The notes below the pieces were generated by a model. The model worked only from the letters and a program-made list of their open reading frames with translations, was not told the DNA's origin and did no database searches. The translations under genes were made by a program, and so were the position numbers. From assembly GCA_001824275.1 (NCBI GenBank), contig MHWW01000009.1, positions 1-62,983 of the forward strand: a stretch of DNA of 62,983 nt. The letters run 5' to 3'. How positions within the stretch are numbered: the first letter of the stretch is position 1; each line of letters starts with the position of its first letter. Below, piece after piece: positions 57,034 through 62,983 of the stretch. The stretch comes from Candidatus Zambryskibacteria bacterium RIFOXYC1_FULL_39_10. GTDB lineage: Bacteria > Patescibacteriota > Minisyncoccia > Phycocordibacterales > WO2-35-19.

Positions 57034-58959
57034 ATGACGGAACAAAATAAAAATAGAAACAGAATTAGGAGTTTCCACGCTCCTCTAAAGACAAGGGCAT
57101 TGCCCAGCCAAACAAGGACACCTGTCCAAAGCAGTAGCCAATCACCTGCTCCGAAGGCTCGGAGGAGTACTGGCTCATCATTTTCTCGAAAACGCTTTGT
57201 AAATTCCAATTCCAGGTTTGGTCATGCTGAAAACCAAAAAATAGCCAAAGAGACCACTGAAACCTTATCTCTGCCAAAGGTGCTTGGAAATATAAGAATA
57301 ATTCCACTGGGCGGCGTAGAAGAAATTGGTAAAAACATGACCGCTGTTGAAATTGGAGACGATATTTTGATTATTGATGCTGGTTTCCAATTTAAAGATG
57401 AAGACACTCCAGGAGTGGATTACATCTTGCCCAACACTAAATATTTGGAGGAGAGAAAAGAAAAAATAAGAGGGGTGGTCATCACCCACGGCCACTTAGA
57501 CCATATCGGGGGTATACCTTACATAATGTACCGCATAGGCAACCCACCTATTTATTCCAGAGCTCTAACCACCATCATGATTAAAAAGAGGCAGGAAGAG
57601 TTTCCGCACTTACCACCGCTTGATATTAAAGTGGTTGAAAAAGAAGATGTGATTATTTTGGGTAAATTAAAAGTTAGATTTTTTAATGTTACTCACACTA
57701 TCCCGGATGCCATGGGTATTATAATAGAAACTCCTTATGGAGATATAATTACTCCCGGAGACATAAAACTAGAACACGAAAACGGTATCCCAACAGAAAG
57801 AGAGGTAGAGGAATACAAAAGATTTGAGAAAGAAAAAGTTCTTTTGCTTATGATGGACTCGACCAATGTAGACAACCCAGGATTTTCAACTCCCGAAAAA
57901 TTGGTTTGTCAAAATCTAGAGGAAATTATAAGAAATACCAAACGTCGATTAATTATCGGGACTTTTGCTTCTCAACTGGAAAGAGTAATCGCTATTATTG
58001 AAGCGGCTGAAAGGTGCGGCAAAAAAGTGGTAGTCGAAGGTAGGAGCATGAAGCAAAATATTGAAATTGTAATGTCACTCGGTCGACTCAAAGTAAAAAA
58101 GGATACGATTGTTACTGTAGAGAATATGGACATTTATCCGCCAGACAGAGTGGTGATCTTGGCCACAGGTGCTCAAGGGGATGAATTTGCAGCCTTAATG
58201 CGCATATCTAACAAAAGTCATAAATACGTAAAAATAGGTAAAAGAGATACTGTTCTACTTTCTTCCTCCATTATCCCCGGCAATGAAAGAGCGGTGCAAA
58301 AACTCAAAGACAACTTGGCCAGACAAGGAGCTAAAATAATTCACTACCGAACATCTGACGTGTATATTCACTCTACCGGACACGGGAACCGCGGTGAATT
58401 AGAGTGGCTTCACAAAAAAATAAAACCAAAGTTTTTCATACCGATTCACGGTAATCATTATATGCTAAGAGTTCACGAGGAATTGGCTCAAACTATCGGG
58501 ATGTCGGATAAAAATATTGTCGTCCCAAATAACGGAAGTATTATTGAGATTCAAGACAACGGCGAAAAAATTGTGCTGTTAAAACAAACGGCACCATCCT
58601 CCCCTGTTATGGTAGATGGTTTTGCTGTCTCTGATGTGCAAGAGGTTGTGATGCGAGACAGAAAGATGCTCGCTGATGATGGTATGTTTGTCATCGTTGC
58701 TATTATTGATTTGAAATCTGGAAGACTTAAAAAATCTCCTGACCTTATTTCTCGCGGTTTTGTTTACCTACGAGAATCTCAAGAACTGCTTGGACAGACT
58801 CGCTTAATCATTAAGAAATCGATTGAAGATGATACTCGGGGCATGCGCCCAATCAACTTTGACTTCATCAAAAACAACGTGACCGATGCCGTCGCTCGCT
58901 TCCTCTTCCAAAAAACCGCCAAAAAACCAATCGTCATCCCCGTCATACTTGGAGTTTAA
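57034..58959 (+). CDS. rnj: Ribonuclease J
   Basis: PLGGVEEIGKNMT, THGHLDHIGG, THTIPD, STGH, PIHG. Confidence 0.94.
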   Translation: MTEQNKNRNRIRSFHAPLKTRALPSQTRTPVQSSSQSPAPKARRSTGSSFSRKRFVNSNSRFGHAENQKIAKETTETLSLPKVLGNIRIIPLGGVEEIGKNMTAVEIGDDILIIDAGFQFKDEDTPGVDYILPNTKYLEERKEKIRGVVITHGHLDHIGGIPYIMYRIGNPPIYSRALTTIMIKKRQEEFPHLPPLDIKVVEKEDVIILGKLKVRFFNVTHTIPDAMGIIIETPYGDIITPGDIKLEHENGIPTEREVEEYKRFEKEKVLLLMMDSTNVDNPGFSTPEKLVCQNLEEIIRNTKRRLIIGTFASQLERVIAIIEAAERCGKKVVVEGRSMKQNIEIVMSLGRLKVKKDTIVTVENMDIYPPDRVVILATGAQGDEFAALMRISNKSHKYVKIGKRDTVLLSSSIIPGNERAVQKLKDNLARQGAKIIHYRTSDVYIHSTGHGNRGELEWLHKKIKPKFFIPIHGNHYMLRVHEELAQTIGMSDKNIVVPNNGSIIEIQDNGEKIVLLKQTAPSSPVMVDGFAVSDVQEVVMRDRKMLADDGMFVIVAIIDLKSGRLKKSPDLISRGFVYLRESQELLGQTRLIIKKSIEDDTRGMRPINFDFIKNNVTDAVARFLFQKTAKKPIVIPVILGV

Positions 58960-58999
58960 ACAACTCAATTAGGGGTGGGGTTTGTGGTACAATTATTTT

Positions 59000-60154
59000 A
59001 TGAATTCAAAAGGGAGATTGAGGACTGTTTATTTAATGGGATTCCTCATGTCTGCCCATTTTGCCCTAATCTCTTATGTTAACTCTTCCCTTTTGGGACA
59101 ATTTGTCAGTATCGGAACATTAAATGTTTTATACATTGTCGGTGCTTTACTGGATATCTGCCTTCTTCTTTTAGCACCTTATCTTTTAAGACGCTATGGC
59201 AATATTACATCTTTTCTTTTTTTCATTGTGATTGAAATACTGGTGATTATTAGTATGGGATTTTTTGATTCTGCCTCACTCATTATCCCCCTCTTCATTA
59301 TCCAACTTGGACTAGGTTCAGTATTATATTTTTGGCTTGACCTATGTCTCGAACAGGAAACAAAGGTTGAAAGCACCACTGGCAATAAACGAGGCGCTCT
59401 TTTAACCTTCTCAAATATTGCCTGGGTAATATCACCCCTAGCTTTAGCATTGCTCATAAGTCAAAATAATTTTAGTCCTGTCTACTTCTTAGCTGGACTC
59501 TTTATGATTGTTTTGTTGCCAATAGTTGGCCTATCATTTAAAAATATGAAAAATCCTGACCTTACCAAAACAAAAATGTTTTCTGGTTTTAAACTTTTGT
59601 GGAAAAACAAGGACCAACTCAGAATCGCACTCGTTCAGTTTGTACTTAATTTTTTTTATTCCTGGATGGTTATTTACTTGCCTCTCCTCCTCAGTAAACA
59701 AATAGGTTTCGGCTGGGACAAAATCGGTTTAATGCTTACCCTAATGCTTTTGCCTTTTTTGATTTTCCAGTGGCCCGCAGGTTACTTAGCAGACAAAAAA
59801 ATTGGTGAAAAGGAAATACTCGTAGTCGGCATCCTTATAATGTCTGCCGCGACCTTCATCATCCCCTCTCTTTCTCATCCTGTATTTTGGATTTGGGCCA
59901 CAGTCTTATTTGCCACTCGTGTTGGTGCTAGTTTAGCGGAGGTTGCGACCGAAACTTACTTTTTCAAACATGTTAAAGAAAGAGACGTAAGCGAAATAAG
60001 CGTCTTCAGGATGGTTCGTTCGTTTGCTTATGTTTTAGCCCCGCTTATCTCTTGGCCAGTTGTTTACTTTTTTTCATATTCCATCTCATTCTATTTCCTC
60101 GCCACCTTCATTCTCCTCGGTTTGCTTTTTATCCCTAAAGTTGATACAAAATAA
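59000..60154 (+). CDS. MFS transporter
   Basis: About 12 hydrophobic segments; AGYLADKKIGEK loop motif. Confidence 0.82.
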   Translation: MNSKGRLRTVYLMGFLMSAHFALISYVNSSLLGQFVSIGTLNVLYIVGALLDICLLLLAPYLLRRYGNITSFLFFIVIEILVIISMGFFDSASLIIPLFIIQLGLGSVLYFWLDLCLEQETKVESTTGNKRGALLTFSNIAWVISPLALALLISQNNFSPVYFLAGLFMIVLLPIVGLSFKNMKNPDLTKTKMFSGFKLLWKNKDQLRIALVQFVLNFFYSWMVIYLPLLLSKQIGFGWDKIGLMLTLMLLPFLIFQWPAGYLADKKIGEKEILVVGILIMSAATFIIPSLSHPVFWIWATVLFATRVGASLAEVATETYFFKHVKERDVSEISVFRMVRSFAYVLAPLISWPVVYFFSYSISFYFLATFILLGLLFIPKVDTK

Positions 60155-60156
60155 AT

Positions 60157-61341
60157 ATGGAAGGAATACAAAATAGTTTTCAAGAAAGTCCAAACAAAAA
60201 AATTGAGGATTTGGATAATTTTTTTGAACAAATGCTACACACCTCACCTGTGGTAGCTAGCGGTAGAGATGGAATCATCCTACAAGTAAATATATCTAAC
60301 TTCGGCCCAGAAGATACAGAAACAATGAGACAGAACGGTATAGAAATAACTGCCGATGAATACGCTCTTAAAATGCTCAAAATATACCGCCCCGGAGATG
60401 GAGCAAAAGAATACCAAATACAAAAAGAGGCTTATGAAATTTTAGCTGGCCATGATGATATGGCTCATGTTCCCAAGCCGATCGTTATGAAATTGCAACA
60501 ATTAAGTGAGCACGATAGAGAATATCTGAGAAGTTACGCCCCATTTATTGATAACGAAGCAGAGTTGATACTGATGGATTTTATAGAAGGAACAGATCTA
60601 GCCACTTATATTTATAATTTTATTCTTTCGAGAAACGGCTATGACGAGCAGATGGTTGCAAATATGAGTTTTGAACAAAAACATTCCTTGATAGGGGGTA
60701 TATTAAATTTTGAGAAAGCAAAAAATGCTGACAGTGGAGATTTCAGAGAACTTTATGCGTTAAGGGAAAATATGAGGAAATTGATGATATATTTAAAGAA
60801 AAAAGATTTTCATATTGACCAAAATTTTCTTGATAAAATTAAAAATGCCGTTGAATTGCTTGAAGCAAAGGGAATTTTTCACAATGATTTGCACGATAGA
60901 AATGTGATGATAGGTAAAGATGGAAATCCATACATTATAGATTTTGGCCGATCTGTAAGAGACAAAAGTGATCAAGAAAGTGACGATATTGCAATTGTCA
61001 GAAGATATGAAGAATTAAATAAGACAGAAAAGATTGATGGCGCAAAGGAGTGGTTGGATATTGAAAATAAAATACTCAAATCTGAGCGGTGGCTAAAGAT
61101 TCTAGAAAAAATGGAATCATACTTATTAAATGGAGAAAAAAATAAAGTAGTTAATTGCGTCATTTCTGAGTCAGCTGATGATAACAAGTTTTTGAATTAT
61201 TTAGGTGTTCTTATTATTCTATTTAAGAAAACAGATCAAAAAAATGATGTTTTGGATATCATAGAACAATTAGGATTAGTGCTCAAAAGAGAATTTTTGA
61301 AGGCAAAGCTTTCGGATTTGAAAAAATACTTATCAAATTAA
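60157..61341 (+). CDS. Protein kinase-like (PKL-fold) protein
   Basis: ASGRDG, ALKMLK, LILMDFIEG, HNDLHDRNVMI, IIDFG. Confidence 0.75.
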   Translation: MEGIQNSFQESPNKKIEDLDNFFEQMLHTSPVVASGRDGIILQVNISNFGPEDTETMRQNGIEITADEYALKMLKIYRPGDGAKEYQIQKEAYEILAGHDDMAHVPKPIVMKLQQLSEHDREYLRSYAPFIDNEAELILMDFIEGTDLATYIYNFILSRNGYDEQMVANMSFEQKHSLIGGILNFEKAKNADSGDFRELYALRENMRKLMIYLKKKDFHIDQNFLDKIKNAVELLEAKGIFHNDLHDRNVMIGKDGNPYIIDFGRSVRDKSDQESDDIAIVRRYEELNKTEKIDGAKEWLDIENKILKSERWLKILEKMESYLLNGEKNKVVNCVISESADDNKFLNYLGVLIILFKKTDQKNDVLDIIEQLGLVLKREFLKAKLSDLKKYLSN

Positions 61342-61347
61342 TCTTAA

Positions 61348-61851
61348 TTATGGCTCTAGGATTCCTTCAGTTTCGCCATTTACTGAGATTACAACTGAAT
61401 CAATGTCTGGCAAAGCGTTTAGTGTAGCCTCTATTTGTGACCTTATCGCCTGCACCCTACAGGACCCACCCATTCCCTCACTAAATCGAGAGTCAAAATC
61501 TACATGAGCAACCTTCTCCAGTATTTCAAATCTTTGGACTAAAATATTATCGTTTATTGTCGTACTGTAACCATCTGCCACTTCTTCGAAAGTCGGACCC
61601 TTAAGTAGAGCTTCAAGAGCCCCCGGACCAAAAGTTTCAGCATTTATAATTTTACGAGCCACTGGAAAAACTTTTGTGCAATCATCATTTGAGCCCATCT
61701 TACTATTGCTCAAATAAATATTGACTTCCTTTTCCCACTCAAAAGCATTTGCCGAATTGTTTGAAACCGAATCATTAAATGTTTTAAATACTATCAAAAT
61801 CACCGCTACTCCGGCTAAAACGTATAAAAAATATTTTAATAATTTTGGCAT
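61348..61851 (-). CDS. GerMN domain protein
   Basis: ALEALLKGPT, AHVDF, GSCRVQAIRSQIEATL. Confidence 0.82.
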   Translation of the reverse strand: MPKLLKYFLYVLAGVAVILIVFKTFNDSVSNNSANAFEWEKEVNIYLSNSKMGSNDDCTKVFPVARKIINAETFGPGALEALLKGPTFEEVADGYSTTINDNILVQRFEILEKVAHVDFDSRFSEGMGGSCRVQAIRSQIEATLNALPDIDSVVISVNGETEGILEP

Positions 61852-61858
61852 ATTTATA

Positions 61859-62161
61859 TTATAAATTTGGAATCTTCTCCTTCTTTGCTCTTGTATTTTT
61901 GGGTTTTACAAATTGAGAAATTAGAAGAGTGAAAAGGGTTCTGACGAAACCGGCTGCCTCACTAGAAAGTTCATTACCTAAAATACTAGCGCCCTTAGCA
62001 AAACTTCTGGCAATAAATTCGGACTCTTTTCTTGCCAGTTTAGAGAGTTTTTTGATATCTCTGAGTATAGCCAAAACATACATAAGTGCGAGGAGTAACA
62101 AGCCGGCCACAACAATAGTAGAAACTGAGGCAATAGCGAAATAAATTTCAGAATAGTTCAT
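61859..62161 (-). CDS. Small membrane protein
   Basis: N-terminal TM helix followed by an amphipathic helix. Confidence 0.6.
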   Translation of the reverse strand: MNYSEIYFAIASVSTIVVAGLLLLALMYVLAILRDIKKLSKLARKESEFIARSFAKGASILGNELSSEAAGFVRTLFTLLISQFVKPKNTRAKKEKIPNL

Positions 62162-62215
62162 ATCTATATTTTACAGGTAAGGGGGAAAAACCCAAGCCAA
62201 AATTGTGAATAATAA

Positions 62216-62845
62216 TTAGTTGCCTTGTAGAGCCGCCTGGATGATTGACCTAAACTGTTCAGCCGATGATGGGTTTTGAATCTTCTCACTATTAACAAAA
62301 AATGTCGGTGTTCCCTGCAAGCCTATTTGTATAGAATGAACCCTTTGAGATTTAACAAAATCTTTAACTTCCCCCGATGTCCAATCAACCCTAAACTGCT
62401 CTATCGAAATACCAAGGAGATTGGCATAAGATTCAAAAAGTGTTTGGACATTTGCCACCTTGGCCCACTCGTCTTGCTTTTCAAATAACAAGTCATGCAT
62501 CTCCCAAAACTTGCCTTGCTTGCCGGCAGCCTGCGCTGCTCTGGCGGCCAATTCGGCATTGGCGTGAATACCGTTGAGAGGAAAATGGCGGTAAACGAAT
62601 GCGACTTCTCCACCAAATTCAGCCATCATTTGTCTCATTACCGAATAATATGTGCGGCAAGCCGGACACTGGAAATCGCTGTATTCAATCACTGTCACAG
62701 TTGAGCTGGCATTGCCTTTAACATTGTCCACTGGACTAACCTTGCCCACTTCAAAATTAGTGTCAATACTAGACCCCTTTACTCCCCAAATCATTAAACC
62801 TACTAATATTATTATAATTGCCCCTATCCAAATAAATGTTTTCAT
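62216..62845 (-). CDS. DsbA-family thiol-disulfide oxidoreductase
   Basis: EYSDFQCPAC, YRHFPL, KFWEMHDLLF, GTPTFFVN. Confidence 0.92.
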   Translation of the reverse strand: MKTFIWIGAIIIILVGLMIWGVKGSSIDTNFEVGKVSPVDNVKGNASSTVTVIEYSDFQCPACRTYYSVMRQMMAEFGGEVAFVYRHFPLNGIHANAELAARAAQAAGKQGKFWEMHDLLFEKQDEWAKVANVQTLFESYANLLGISIEQFRVDWTSGEVKDFVKSQRVHSIQIGLQGTPTFFVNSEKIQNPSSAEQFRSIIQAALQGN

Positions 62846-62983
62846 TTGGAAATTATAGCATTTTATTGAGTTAAATCCAAATAATTTTATACAAAATGAC
62901 CTCCTCCCCGGGCTCCGCTATGCTGCGCCCGGGGTTTCCTTTTTTGGGCATGAGGATTCTAAGTGAACAATCTAGAGTTCTGT

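Noticed and set aside
62903-62934. CCCCGGG...CCCGGGG hairpin near the window end
   Set aside because: Single copy at the edge of the window; cannot tell a repeat from a terminator.

Overview
AT-rich (roughly 35-40% GC by eye) bacterial chromosomal segment using the standard code. The gene repertoire points by inference to a Patescibacteria/CPR (Parcubacteria-like) genome: short IF2, short ValRS, short Rel, DUF4446, a TrbC/VirB2-like pilin array, giant surface proteins, and many tRNA genes without encoded CCA. Core genes include rel, parB, miaA, rpmG, murA (fused to an XRE HTH), murB, clpB, an iscS-like gene, infB, rbfA, rnpB, gyrA, tsaD, valS, groEL/groES, secG and rnj, plus 10 tRNAs. Accessory elements are two REP-flanked RAYT transposases, three tRNA-abutting nuclease genes (two HNH, one LAGLIDADG-like), a Panacea/PemK-like toxin-antitoxin pair and several families of palindromic miniature repeats, some inserted in frame in essential genes. 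The strongest candidate for an undescribed system is a self-contained unit at 4416-5804: promoter, ~305-nt multibranched RNA closed by a perfect 14-bp inverted repeat, a retron-type reverse transcriptase with an atypical VG..SP motif, and a terminator, with no effector gene. It sits inside an 87-bp perfect duplication of the miaA 5' end. Second is a family of structured trailers behind tRNA genes that show compensatory base changes between copies. All calls come from reading motifs by eye; no database searches or folding programs were run. Start codons were adjusted manually where the ORF track ran upstream.
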